Origin: Octopus vulgaris
Taxonomy: Eukaryota
Reading direction: 5' to 3'
Assembly (NCBI GenBank): GCA_951406725.2
Contig: OX597833.1
Location: forward strand, 17,608,001 to 17,672,000
DNA length: 64,000 nt
Both the position numbers and the translations under genes were made by a program. The notes under the pieces were generated by a model. That model was not told the DNA's origin, searched no databases, and saw only the letters and a program-made list of their open reading frames with translations. Below are positions 31,557 through 44,224 of this stretch, piece by piece. Every line of letters begins with the position of its first letter. Positions within the stretch are counted from its first letter, which is position 1.

Positions 31557-31931
31557 ATGGATGGATGGATGGATGGATGGATGGATGGATGGATGGATGG
31601 ATGCATGGATGGATGGATGCATGGATGGATGGATGGATGGATAGATGGATGGATGGATAGATGGATGGATAGATGGATGGATGGATGGATGGATGGATGG
31701 ATGGATGGATGGATGGATGGATAGATGGATGGATGGATGGATGGATGGATGGATGGATGGATGGATAGATAGATGGATGGATAGATGGATGGATGGATGG
31801 ATGGATGGATGGATGGATGGATGGATGGATAGATGGATGGATAGATGGATGGATGGATGGATGGATGGATGGATGGATGGATGGATAGATGGATAGATGG
31901 ATGGATGGATGGATGGGTGGGTGGATGGATG
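31557..31931. repeat. (GGAT)n microsatellite
   Basis: Direct reading. Confidence 0.97.
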
Positions 31932-32538
31932 TATAAATCAAGGGCTGAACAGAAAGAACACAAGAAGAAAATACAGCAAGCGGAAAACCGACAAAAGACA
32001 CAACATACGGATACCTAGACGATAACATAACAAACGGGAAACTGAACTGACATATATATATATATATATATATAGATATATACACACCCATAGAGGTGAG
32101 GGAGGGGCAATTATGCAGCTAAACAAATTAGGCACATCAAATAAATTAGATGTATTAATTACATCAAATGCAAAATACGTATATATGTACACATGTAAAA
32201 CGAGAGGCGTTAAGATCTGAGATGTAAGATCTTCCCCTACCATGATGGCAGAGGCTTGACTTATCCAATGATAATTGCATCCATACGGTCGGATATTGTG
32301 ATGAACTAAATCTACCAACATTGTTATGAATCGTTTGTACTCTGTGTGAGTTGGACCAAGTAATATAAATATCTGTATATTTATACATGAAAATTCATCA
32401 TCTGAAATTTCCACCTTATCGCTTTCTCTCGTTTTGTATTTGCTGTATTTAATATATTCAATAGATTTGATGTGCCTGATCCTCTGTAAAGACATCGGAG
32501 TCTAAGTTTGAATCTGTTGAGCACTACTAAATGTATAT

Positions 32539-32616
<78 letters not shown>

Positions 32617-32620
<4 letters not shown>

Positions 32621-32875
32621 CATATGCATATATATATACATATATGTACGTACCTACCTCTATATGTACATATACACGCATATATGAGTACAGGACACCA
32701 AAAAGACGTCGAACACAATGAGAAACGAAAACATAGACACAAACACAAGGAACTGGACATTTTTTTAACAACAAAAAAATAGAGTACAGGACAATTAACA
32801 CAAAGAAAAAAAACCCTTCTTCAGTCGCTATGGTTTCATCTACTCTACGTTTCGAAGGTGAAAGCGAGACGTATC
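32617..32875. mobile_element. (TA)n-embedded dispersed repeat (homolog about 20950-21070)
   Basis: Shared GTACGTACCTACCTCTA...GAGTACAGGACACCAAAA...CGAACACAATGAGAAACGAAAACAT. Confidence 0.7.
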
Positions 32876-33880
32876 ATATATATATATCCTTTTGTTCCTC
32901 TTTTTCTCTCTCTTTTCTTCTCACGTGACCGATAGGCCAGATTGCTAACCCTCTTTTTGCGTAGTCACTACAACATCGATATTCTTCCATGTGTTTGTGA
33001 AAGTTCTGTATCTCTGCCGTAAGGCTTCATTTCCACACACGCCAGCTGAATTCAATTCGTCCCCAGTCGAAAGATGCCTGTTGTTATGTACTGTTATTAT
33101 TATTGTTATTTTTATTGTATTTTGTATTTATATTTGTGTAACAGCGTCATACAGAACCAGTTCCACTCTTTCAAACTTGTATTAGTCTAGTGCAGAGGTC
33201 GCTTGTGAGTGAATGTGTGTGTGTATGTATGTGTGTTAGTGAGTGTGTACGTGTATATGTGTGTGAGTGAGTGAGTGTATATGTGTGTGCGTGCGCGTCT
33301 ATTTGCATCTAGTGCCAAAATGTACTGTCGTCATAACAGGTAGAATGTCCAGTCAGCCATACAAAATTATTAACGTACAGACATCCACGCCCCATCATCT
33401 CATTCTAATATATAGAGAAGGGGCTAACTTGTACCATTCCAATGACAGACTCCAAAAGTCAAAACCAAAACCATGCTTGTACCGATGATTGAGCAGGTCA
33501 GGTCAGGTCAGATATGGGAGCACGTGCTATTTCAGCGATTCATTGCACCCACGATTCATCCATGATTCCCTACTCCTGGCGAATCACAGCTTTGCACCGC
33601 TCAAGCAGACAACCCTTCAACTCAACCTGTCCTTCAGAGTTTACTTCCATTTGGTGCAAAGGGTTCTGACGGCTTTTCCGTAACCACTTCATAAGACGTA
33701 TTTTATATATTCGAGATACTTATCCGGTGGAGAGACCTTGATGGGTCTGTTTGGGTAGACATTGCTAGTGAGGGTTTTACGAAGTCGGAATACAAATCCT
33801 ACTTCAGACCCCTTTAGTTTCTTTTACCTAAGATTCAACATCAATCAATAGAAAGTAAAATTCTTTTGTCTACACTTATA

Positions 33881-34436
33881 CAGAGAGGACCAAAATGATC
33901 TGACACATTTGGAGGCTTAATAAAAGCACAAAATAAGAAATAATGAAAAGAAAAGTTTTATTTTCTGAATGTACATATAATGCCATTTTATTTCATTAAG
34001 TTTTAAAACTTAAATTAGCTAAATGCTTCTCTTCATTGTCAACATACTGTTGGAGACGTTCATGAAAGTTATCGATAACTCTATGGATCGTTTCTTCTGG
34101 AATGATGAAATGTGGTTTCTTCTAGTGAGGATATTTAAAATCAAAAAGTATTCGGTCATCGCCCTCGATCTATTGATGAATTACAACGTGTAAATTTGTG
34201 TAGAAATTGCAACCATTCCAGAAGAAATGATCCATAGAGTTATCGATAACTTTCATGAATGTCTCCAACAGTGTGTTGACAATGATGGGAAGCATTTAGC
34301 TGATTTAATTTTAAAAACTTAATTAAATAAAATGGCATTATATGTACATTCAGAAAATATAATTTTTTTTTCATTATTTCTTATTTTGTGCTTTTATTAA
34401 GCCTTCAAATGTGTCAGATCATTTTGGTCCACCCTG
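33881..34436. mobile_element. Tc1/mariner-superfamily palindromic derivative with TA TSD
   Basis: TA|CAG...CTG|TA with inverted arms of about 220 bp. Internal frameshifted peptide GYLKSK.F..RPRSIDEL...IPEEMIHRVIDNFHECLQQCVDNDGKH is a transposase C-terminus (maT/DD37D-like). Confidence 0.85.
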
Positions 34437-34783
34437 TACCAGTGACATAGCTGGACTGTGTGCCGTCCAGGGCAGCCCGAGAGCTTGCCACCCCAACGCA
34501 TCCGTCTTTTCCGCATCCTTAACAACTTTATACAGCAGATCCAAAAGGTGCTGTCCCCATAAAAACGTTGCCCGAGGCGCACCGCCACCTTTCCCTCGCT
34601 CCCTCGACACCATCCACGCTGCACACTGCTACGCCATCCAAGAATTTGGACCTGGAGATCACCATTTCTAGCGACTTCGAGGGCCACCTCCCAGTGGTGT
34701 CGGGTGTCAACGAAGAGACCTCGAACTACAACAAGACGACCAAAGTTTTTTTTTCCAAGGTCTGGGGTCTCCCGCCCTTAAGC

Positions 34784-35002
34784 CAGTGCTTTTCAAACTT
34801 TTTGCTGGAGCGGAACCCCAAGGAAACATTCTACTGGCTCGAGGAACCCCTGTGCAATAATTTAATAGTCTTATGCACACATGTCTGCACAGGAGACTTA
34901 AAAATTACTGCCGATTTTAGCAGTTTTGTAACTTCTTGCGGAACCCCTGCACTGTACTGGCGGAACCCTAAGGTTCCGCGGAACCCTGGTTGAAAACCAC
35001 TG
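34784..35002. mobile_element. hAT (Charlie-like) MITE
   Basis: TIRs CAGTGCTTTTCAA / TTGAAAACCACTG, subterminal GGAACCC repeats, weak 8-bp TSD (CCTTAAGC / CCCTAGAC). Confidence 0.75.
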
Positions 35003-35851
35003 CCCTAGACTATCACCTAATCACCCTTACCCATCTTGTTGCTTAACAACAACAACAACAACAACAACAGCACACTGCTACAAAAAGCCTTGACCTGACC
35101 TAACTTATAGGTGTGACAAATGTCATATTTAAAGCCGAAAATAACTCGGCTGATAAACGGGTCAAATGTGAGAAGTTGCCTTACTCTGTGACATTAAGTG
35201 AATGCGCATTAGGATTTTCGAAGAATTATCTGTAGGAATGAGCTTATCTCTTCTAATATAGCCCTGGGCCAATCAACGGCTTGTATGCGAATTTGGTTGA
35301 GAGAAACTGAGTGGAATCCCATCCTGTGTGCGTATACATAGATGATGATGATTATGATGACGTTATGACGATGATGATGATGATGATGATGATGACCGGA
35401 ACTTCGAAGTAACTTAGAATTATGATATTCCTGTTGAAGAATAATAAATAAATCTGTACTCAACAAAAGTATGAAGTAACCCTTCAGATTAATGTCAAAT
35501 CGTTTTCATTATAACTGAACATAAAAAACAAACATTGATATATATATACATATATATATACATATATCCATGCATATATAGATAGATAGATACATACATA
35601 CATACATAAATACATATATATATATATATATATATACATGTGTATGTATGTATGTATGTATATATATATATATATATACATGTAAACGTTAAAAAAAAAC
35701 ACAAACTAGGACAAGAACGTGAAACATTCCGAAGACGACAAAAAAACACACAGACGGGACCCTCGAAGCCCCCAGTCACCAGCCAAGAACCAGATCATCC
35801 TCGCAATCCCGGCTGATTAATCTTGAAATACACATATATACTATATATATA

Positions 35852-35956
<105 letters not shown>

Positions 35957-36289
35957 AACTAAGTATGTATGTATATATGTATATATGTATATATGTATGT
36001 GTATGTGCATGTGTATGTGTTTGTGTTTGTGTGTCCCTGTTTGTCCCCCATCATCGCCTGACAACCGATGCTGGTGTGTTTATATCCCTGTAACTTAGCA
36101 GTTCGGCAAAAGAATACGATAGAATAAGTACTAAGCTTACATACGGTCGATATGTACGATTAAAGGCGGTGATCCAGCATGGCCGCAGTCAAATTACTGA
36201 AAATTACTGAAACAAATAAAAGTGTGTCTATGTGTATATATATAGTTCCAGCTTCAAAGTTGTGGCCATGCTGGGGCACCGCCGTTTTG

Positions 36290-38899
36290 CTACACTGTTA
36301 TGTGGCATCTGGTGAATAAGGGGGTTTGATATTGCTACCCTCATTTACACCTCTTGCCGCGAGGTAGGCTCATCTGGGACTCTCGACAGGAAGAGATCCA
36401 GTTTTGATTTGAAAACACCTACATCCACTTTGTATAGGTCCCTCGGACTCTTTGGGAGAATATCAAAAAGCTGTGGTCCCCTGAAATCCAGGCTTGTGCA
36501 GTAACTGGTCCTGAAGCATGATGTCATTGCTTGGATCTTTGGCAGTGTCGACCCGTTCTGACATTTGTGTAGCTTTCAATGCCAAAATTTGGCGCAATTC
36601 CTTCCAGGATCTTTCAGATGTATATTACTGCATACCTCTCCAGTCTTCGCTCCAAAGAGTAGAGTCTTAGCTGTTTCAGCCTTTCTCCGTAGCTGAGCTG
36701 TTGCAAAGAGACGCCCTTCTTTGTGAAGCTTCGCTGGATTGCTTCAAGGTCCGCTGTTAATTTTACACTGTTGGGTGACCATAGCTCTGATCAGTAATCC
36801 AGGCGGCTTAGGACGAGTGTCCTCCAGAGGACCATCTCCCTGGTTCTGCATTTTGTTGCCATCCTGGTAATGTGTACTTGGAATGAGGTATCATTACTCA
36901 TGTCGATACCGAGGTCCCTCACTGATTTAGGCTCTGGGATTGTAATCTCATGTGGACCAGTGTACTCTGTAAGTTTTATATTCAGTTTTGGACGCTAGTA
37001 GCGCAGAGCTTGGAATTTTTCAGCATTAAACTGCATATTATAGTCCTCAGCGCATCTATAAATTAAGTCCAACTCCTGCTGCATGAGTGCAACATCGCTG
37101 GGGTTCTGTATTCTCTGTGATACTTTCGTATCGTCTGCGTAGCTAGCAAGGGTGGCTATCTGGGCAGCTGAGGCATATCTGAGAGGGCCACTATGAAAAG
37201 AAGTGGTCTCAAGACAGTGCCCTATTGAACACCGCTCACTATTTGTGTTTCCATTGAGGTGGCTCCATTGGCCAGCCTGGCTTCTATCTTTCAGAAAGTC
37301 ATGCAACCACTCTCCAAGTTTTCCAGCTATGCCGAAATCACGCAGTTTATGGCATATCATACCGTGATCCACTTCATCAAAAGCTTTTGTAAAGTCAAGG
37401 TATATTACGTCCACATTTGAGTTGTTGAGTAACTGTCTTAATACCCATAGTGCAGCAAGAGCTGGGTCAGACAGCTCCTACCTGGCCGAAAGCATGCTGG
37501 GTATCACTCGGCAAGTCGTTTTCTTCAAGGAATGCGATTAGTTTCCCTTGAACTATTCGTTCCATTACTTTGCTGATGTGTAAAGTCAAAGAGATAGGCC
37601 TATAGTTTTTGGCATCTACTCTGCTTCCCCCTTTATGGATTGGGCATATTATTCCCTCCTTCAGTTTGCTTAACAGCCTGCCATTTGCAAGAATGCTCTG
37701 GAAAAGAATCTGTTTTGGTCTCGCCTGGGTACGCTTACACGATTTGAGGAGGATTGCTGGGAAACCATCAGGACCAGCAGTTGAGTTTGCGTCCATCTCA
37801 TCTATGGCTAGTAGTAAATCTTCTTCTCTAATGTCAATGTAATCCATCGTAACTGCCTCGCTGGTTATAGGTGAGGCGGAAAAGAAATCCACTGATTCAT
37901 TCACTTGTCTTTGTTCCAACGGGGTGGCAAAGACACTTTTGAACTGGTCATTCAGTACCTCACTGATCCTGGTTGGACTATCTGTGAGGGAGCCATCATT
38001 TTGGAAGAAGGTCCTATCTTGCAATGTGCTGAGGCTGTCTCTTTCGCATAATGAAAGATGACCTTTGGGTTTGACTTACGTTTTTTATAACCCGGGCTTC
38101 TTTGTCTGGTCCCTCCCTCACATAAGATTGTTGCAGGCTTTTTTCAATCTCCATCAGTGTTGTTTTTAGGCGGGACTTTTCACTAGTTTTGGAATGTTGG
38201 TTGAAGTGATTTGAAACCTTCGTCCGTCATCTCATGAATACCTTTCTCTTGGAATCTTGTTCTCTTTTGTGTTGGCCTTGTGCTCTGGAATATATTTCTA
38301 GCATATGGTTTGCGTAACAGACATGAAATATTCTAGTTTCATGCCAATGTCTGGTGTGGAGAGACAGTTCGGCCAGTCCTTTCTGAGGATCTCTTTTTGG
38401 ATCGATTTCCAGTCTGCTTTGGGGAAATTCAGAATGGAGGAATTGTGGGTGCTTCCTTTAGACATTACGTCTCTGGCTACTTTTGGTCCATACATAGACA
38501 ACTCTATTATTCTGTGATCCGAAACTAATGTCGGCGTCACTTTCACATTATGAACGATATCCATATTGTTTGTAGAGCAGAGATCCAAAATGTTATTCAC
38601 CTTAGTTGGTCTGAGCACAATTTGCTCCATGAATAGGGCATTGGTGGGGTCGAGCAGGGACTCCACCTGTGCTTGTTTGCAATGAGTCATTCCTAAGAGC
38701 ATGAGGTCTTCGGGTCATTTGACATTGGGAAAATTGAAATCACCTGTAAGAAATACGCTCACGTGGTGCTCCAGTTTCAGGCGATTTCTTGAATTCTTGT
38801 GAGGCAATCGTCAAACTTGTCTCTGTGGTTTGGAGCTTCCGGTGAGTGATATGTATTGCATACAACTATATTGCGTTGTCTTATGTATACACTTAGAGT

Positions 38900-38900
<1 letters not shown>
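36290..38900 (-). mobile_element. Decayed LINE ORF2 (APE endonuclease plus RT), CR1/L2-group-like
   Basis: GDFNFP, NNILDL and SDH (endonuclease); AGPDG, NYRPISLT, DVIYLDFTKAFD and YADDTK (RT). Multiple frameshifts and stops. Confidence 0.92.
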
Positions 38901-38991
<91 letters not shown>

Positions 38992-39071
38992 TATATATAT
39001 ATATACACATGCATATATATGTATATATATATATATATATATATACACATACATATATATAGATATATACA

Positions 39072-39103
<32 letters not shown>

Positions 39104-39107
<4 letters not shown>

Positions 39108-41035
39108 GGTATGTAGAAAAATACAACATGGACAAGAACGTATAACTCTTAGAAGACGACACAATAAACACGGACAGGACATTCGAAACCCTCAGTCTTC
39201 AGTCAAGAACCGGATCATCGTAGTAATTTCGGCTGATTAATCTTGAGATTACTAGATCACGGCCAGCCCTCCAAGAAAAACCAAGCAACGAGCATTAGAA
39301 AAACTAAGCTGGAAGCGTAGATTTCCTGGAAGAAGGATCGAATGCATACGAACACCAGGACAGCAAAAGGGACAGATATAAAAAAACAAAAAACAATAAT
39401 GGAATACAGAAACATGAAATACAGAAGCATTAACGGTGAAAACAACAGTGTCTTACGACTGATAACAAGCAAACAAATTTTTTCTCTGGCGCAATGGAAA
39501 AGCCTTTATAGTGGCGGACGAAAACAGCGATGTTAACAGAACGAGGGTCAGAGGCTGAAAGGCAGATTTCGGCCAACAGTCACGTGACAGAGAAGAGGGA
39601 AAAGAAAAGAAAGAGAAGCAAAGGAAGAGAGAGAGAGAGGAGGGACAAACGCAACAAAGAGAGAGAAGAGAGAGAAAGAAGGAATCAGAGAGGAGAAGGG
39701 ATGGGTGTCGAAGAATGACCTGTGAGTGCAGAGCGAGACAAAGAAATAGGAGGGTAGTGGAAGACTAGACCAAAGAATCAGAGGAAAGAGAAGAGAAAAA
39801 GAGGATGAGTAGAGAGAAAAGAGAGAGAGGGGGACAGATCAAGTAAAAATGAGAGAGAGAGAGAGACAAACAGAGAGTCGTACCAATTATTAAGAATATG
39901 TGCTCACATAAATGTTAAGGGGGGTACGGGGCGCCTGGAATATATGTTAAGGTATGTAGAAAAATACAACATGGACAAGAACGTATAACTCTTAGAAGAC
40001 GACACAATAAACACGGACAGGACATTCGAAACCCTCAGTCTTCAGTCAAGAACCGGATCATCGTAGTAATTTCGGCTGATTAATCTTGAGATTACTAGAT
40101 CACGGCCAGCCCTCCAAGAAAAACCAAGCAACGAGCATTAGAAAAACTAAGCTGGAAGCGTAGATTTCCTGGAAGAAGGATCGAATGCATACGAACACCA
40201 GGACAGCAAAAGGGACAGATATAAAAAAACAAAAAACAATAATGGAATACAGAAACATGAAATACAGAAGCATTAACGGTGAAAACAACAGTGTCTTACG
40301 ACTGATAACAAGCAAACAAATTTTTTCTCTGGCGCAATGGAAAAAGCCTTTATAGTGGCGGACGAAAACAGCGATGTTAACAGAACGAGGGTCAGAGGCT
40401 GAAAGGCAGATTTCGGCCAACAGTCACGTGACAGAGAAGAGGGAAAAGAAAAGAAAGAGAAGCAAAGGAAGAGAGAGAGAGAGGAGGGACAAACGCAACA
40501 AAGAGAGAGAAGAGAGAGAAAGAAGGAATCAGAGAGGAGAAGGGATGGGTGTCGAAGAATGACCTGTGAGTGCAGAGCGAGACAAAGAAATAGGAGGGTA
40601 GTGGAAGACTAGACCAAAGAATCAGAGGAAAGAGAAGAGAAAAAGAGGATGAGTAGAGAGAAAAGAGAGAGAGGGGGACAGATCAAGTAAAAATGAGAGA
40701 GAGAGAGAGACAAACAGAGAGTCGTACCAATTATTAAGAATATGTGCTCACATAAATGTTAAGGGGGGTACGGGGCGCCTGGAATATATGTTAAGGTATG
40801 TAGAAAAATACAACATGGACAAGAACGTATAACTCTTAGAAGACGACACAATAAACACGGACAGGACATTCGAAACCCTCAGTCTTCAGTCAAGAACCGG
40901 ATCATCGTAGTAATTTCGGCTGATTAATCTTGAGATTACTAGATCACGGCCAGCCCTCCAAGAAAAACCAAGCAACGAGCATTAGAAAAACTAAGCTGGA
41001 AGCGTAGATTTCCTGGAAGAAGGATCGAATGCATA
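39104..41035. repeat. Tandem array of an 843/844-bp unit (2.3 copies) in (TA)n; same family as 35690-35830 and 50065-50480
   Basis: Unit starts at 39104, 39947 and 40791. Only a 1-bp indel seen between units. Confidence 0.95.
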
Positions 41036-41041
41036 TATATA

Positions 41042-41077
<36 letters not shown>

Positions 41078-41689
41078 TACGACAGGCTTCTTTCCGTCAG
41101 CCAAATCCACTCACAAGACTTTGGTTGACCCGGAGATATAACAGAAGACGTTAGCTAAAGCTGCTACGCAGTGGGACTGAACCCGAAATCATATAGTTGG
41201 GAAGCAAGCTTCTTATCACAATCTTAGAATATTTTTTCAAAATTTCATGTAACAATTTTTGCTCCATTTAGCAAAATCAATACAGGGGAGGTAACTGCCA
41301 GACTCATTTATATGGGAGGCAACTCTGTTTTGTCTGCATCTAAGAATGAAATTAGAATTAAATGATTTTACTATCTCCCATCGAAGGTCAGTTATTAAGA
41401 GTCATAAATATAGATTTGCCTTCTTATTGCTGAACAGCCAAATTTTATGAAGGTTTCATCGTCAGGGCATTGTCTTTTAAATACTCATCATGATACTCTA
41501 ATTTCAATAGATTTCCGCAATACTTTTACAAAATAGAAATTTATTTTCCCAAAATAACTCACTTCCAAGCACACACACACACATAATACAAGCTTTGTTG
41601 GTAGTCATAAAGATATCTATTATCAAAATAACTTTTTGGGAGAAAAGCAGCGGAATAAAACTAATCGATCGTAAATATATCCATGAGAA

Positions 41690-42105
41690 AGGCGGCGAAC
41701 TGGCAGAATCGTTAGCAGGCCGGGCGAAATGCTTAGCGGAATTTCGCCTGCCATTACGTTCTGAGTTCAAATTCCACCGAGGTTGACTTTGTTTTCCATC
41801 CTTTCGGGGTTGATTAAATAAGTACCAGTTACGCACTGGAGTCGTTATAATCGATTTAATCCGTTTGTCTGTCCATGTTTGTCATCTCTGTGTTTAGCCA
41901 CTTGTGGGTAGTAAAGAAATAGGTATTTCGCCTGCCGTTAGGTTCTGAGTTCAAATTCCGCCGAGGTCGACTTTGCCTTTCATCCTTTCGGGGTCGATTA
42001 AATAAGTACCAGTTACGCACTGGGGTCGGTGTAATCGACTTAATCCGTTCGTCTGTCCTTGATTGTCCCCTCTATGTTTAGCTCCTTGTGGGCAGTAAAG
42101 AAATA
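41690..42105 (+). mobile_element. SINE family B, dimeric form
   Basis: Reverse complement of 28800-29222. Confidence 0.85.
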
Positions 42106-42171
42106 AATATATCCATGAGTTATCCTGATCTGAATATATATATAGATATATATATATATATATATATATAG

Positions 42172-42204
<33 letters not shown>

Positions 42205-42205
<1 letters not shown>

Positions 42206-42897
42206 CTAATGTAGGATAAAATTTTTTTCGAAAAAAATTCTTTTCCCAAAAAAATTTTATCAATGGCCAGCATATTAAAAAATACCTTTAAAGGTTAAAT
42301 TTATAAACAATTCCTAAATAAGGGCAAACGAAAAAATTTCTAATGCCAAATATGCCGAAAAATTAGACATACTGTCCATTAACCATTAATTTTTTCACAA
42401 TCCGCACGCTACTCGAAAAAAGGTCGACAGAAATTTCTAAAAAATTCCATTATTATCATATCGGACCGATTTCAGGGTTAGCCTATAACAGCCCTCCCTT
42501 CGTCAGTCATACATGTGGCAAAAGAAATAAATGAGATACCTACTCATACCCATGGAAGAAGCAAACACTAAGTCATGAGCACAACTAAGTACCCCAAATA
42601 CATCCAAAATAGAAATACTCCAGCCCATTCAAGACACGTGCGATTTGAACTGATGCTCTCACAGAGTGAAAGAGTCCTTTATTTCTTATGCCACATGTAT
42701 GACTGACGAAGGGAGGGCTGTTATAAGCTAACACTGAAATCGGTCCGATATGATAATAATGGATTTTTATAGAAATTTCTGTCGACCTTTTTTCGAGTAG
42801 CGTGCATATTGTGAAAAAATTATATGGTTAATGGACAATATGTCCAATTTTTCGGCATATTTGGCATTAGAAATTTTTTCGTTTGCCCTTATTTAGG

Positions 42898-42901
<4 letters not shown>
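42205..42901. mobile_element. (TA)n-embedded fold-back Penelope-like element with arms of about 222 bp, each carrying a hammerhead core
   Basis: Arms about 42309-42531 / 42678-42901. CTGACGA-AGGG...CCCT-GAA-ATCGGT-C on the minus strand (42457-42515), and the plus-strand copy at 42694-42752. Confidence 0.8.
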
Positions 42902-42941
<40 letters not shown>

Positions 42942-43284
42942 TAAAAGAGTAAAATATATATATATATATTTCTTGTTTTCTGATCTTTTAGTACCTACAT
43001 ATTCCCTGATGTTAGTGACCCTTCATTCGTTATGATAAGGGAGCATTTATTTGAGTATACAAATATTTATTTGAATATATATGAAGGGAGATAACTCTGA
43101 CAAAGCTAGCTGGTTAGCTAGCAAGATAGATAGATAGATTGATTTTCAGTTATCTAGCCAAGTAGCTAGCAACACACAGACACATTTTTAACTATTACAA
43201 ATTAATTCTGGGACAAATTTGTTTGTGATATATTAAATATATTGGTTTCACACTTTAGCACAAAGCAAGTGATTTCGGGTGAGG

Positions 43285-43630
43285 GGATAATTCGAATACA
43301 ACTCAGTACTCAAGTTGTTACTGAATGGCACGATGAACATTCTAGTGAAATTGAACATCTTATCTGGCCACCACGGTCCCCGGATCTCAATATTATTGAA
43401 CATTTATGGTGCATTTTAGAAATTGATATCCTCCACCATCATCACTACAAGAACTGGAGAATGTTTTGGCTGAAGAATGGACAAAAATTCCTTTGGAAAC
43501 AATTTTACATTGTACAAGTCCATACCTCATAGAATTCAAGCTGTAATTACTGCCAAAGGCAGTCCTACCCCATATTAAAATTAATTTGTTTGAAATTTTA
43601 AGGTGTTTCCATTATTTTGTCCAACCCCTG
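43285..43630 (+). mobile_element. Tc1-like transposon 3' remnant
   Basis: WPPRSPDLNIIEHLW motif. Terminus ...TTTTGTCCAACCCCTG|TA. Confidence 0.85.
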
Positions 43631-43655
43631 TATGTATGTATGTGTGTATATATGT

Positions 43656-43695
<40 letters not shown>

Positions 43696-43698
43696 ATT

Positions 43699-43955
43699 AA
43701 AGATTTGCTTCACCACATACTGAAGTTTAGAAATAGCAGTCAAAAAACCTTAGCTATTTCTTCTTCTTTAAAAGAAATAGCTAAGGTTTTTTGACTGCTA
43801 TTTCTAAACTTCGGTATGTGGGTGAAGCAAATCTTTGCTGAACCCTAATTATAAGGTATTACTTAAGCTTACCATGAAATGGTCTTTTTCATGCCGAATT
43901 CTACTTGGTGAAATTACTGATTACTTCTTAATTAATTAATTTTACCCTTTGTTAT
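43699..43955. mobile_element. (TA)n-embedded fold-back element (arms 43699-43762 / 43772-43836); relatives at about 11972-12060 and 54800-55095
   Basis: Direct inverted match. Shared GTATGTGGTGAAGC...GCTGAACCCTAATTATA. Confidence 0.78.
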
Positions 43956-44224
43956 TATATATATAATTGCCAGTCTGCTCTGGCCCCTATGCTGGTGGCA
44001 CATAAAAAACACCCACTACACTCACAGAGTGGTTGGCGTTAGGAATGGCATTCAGCTGTAGAAACACTGCCAAATCAGACTAGAGCCTGGTGCAGCCCCA
44101 TGGCTTCCCAGACCCCGGTCGAACTGTCCAACCCATGCTAGCATGGAAAACAGACGTTAAATGATGATGATGATGATATATATCACCTGGAACACCTGGA
44201 TTAGCCTGACTGTCTGGTGCTGAG

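Noticed and set aside
31938-32495. 185-aa minus-strand ORF
   Set aside because: No recognisable domain or splice context, and it runs into repeats.
32813-32862. Minus-strand GAAACGT...CTGAAGA as a type II hammerhead
   Set aside because: No pairable stem I.
34440-34770. GC-richer segment with short ORFs
   Set aside because: Possibly old LINE sequence, but no motif clear enough to classify.
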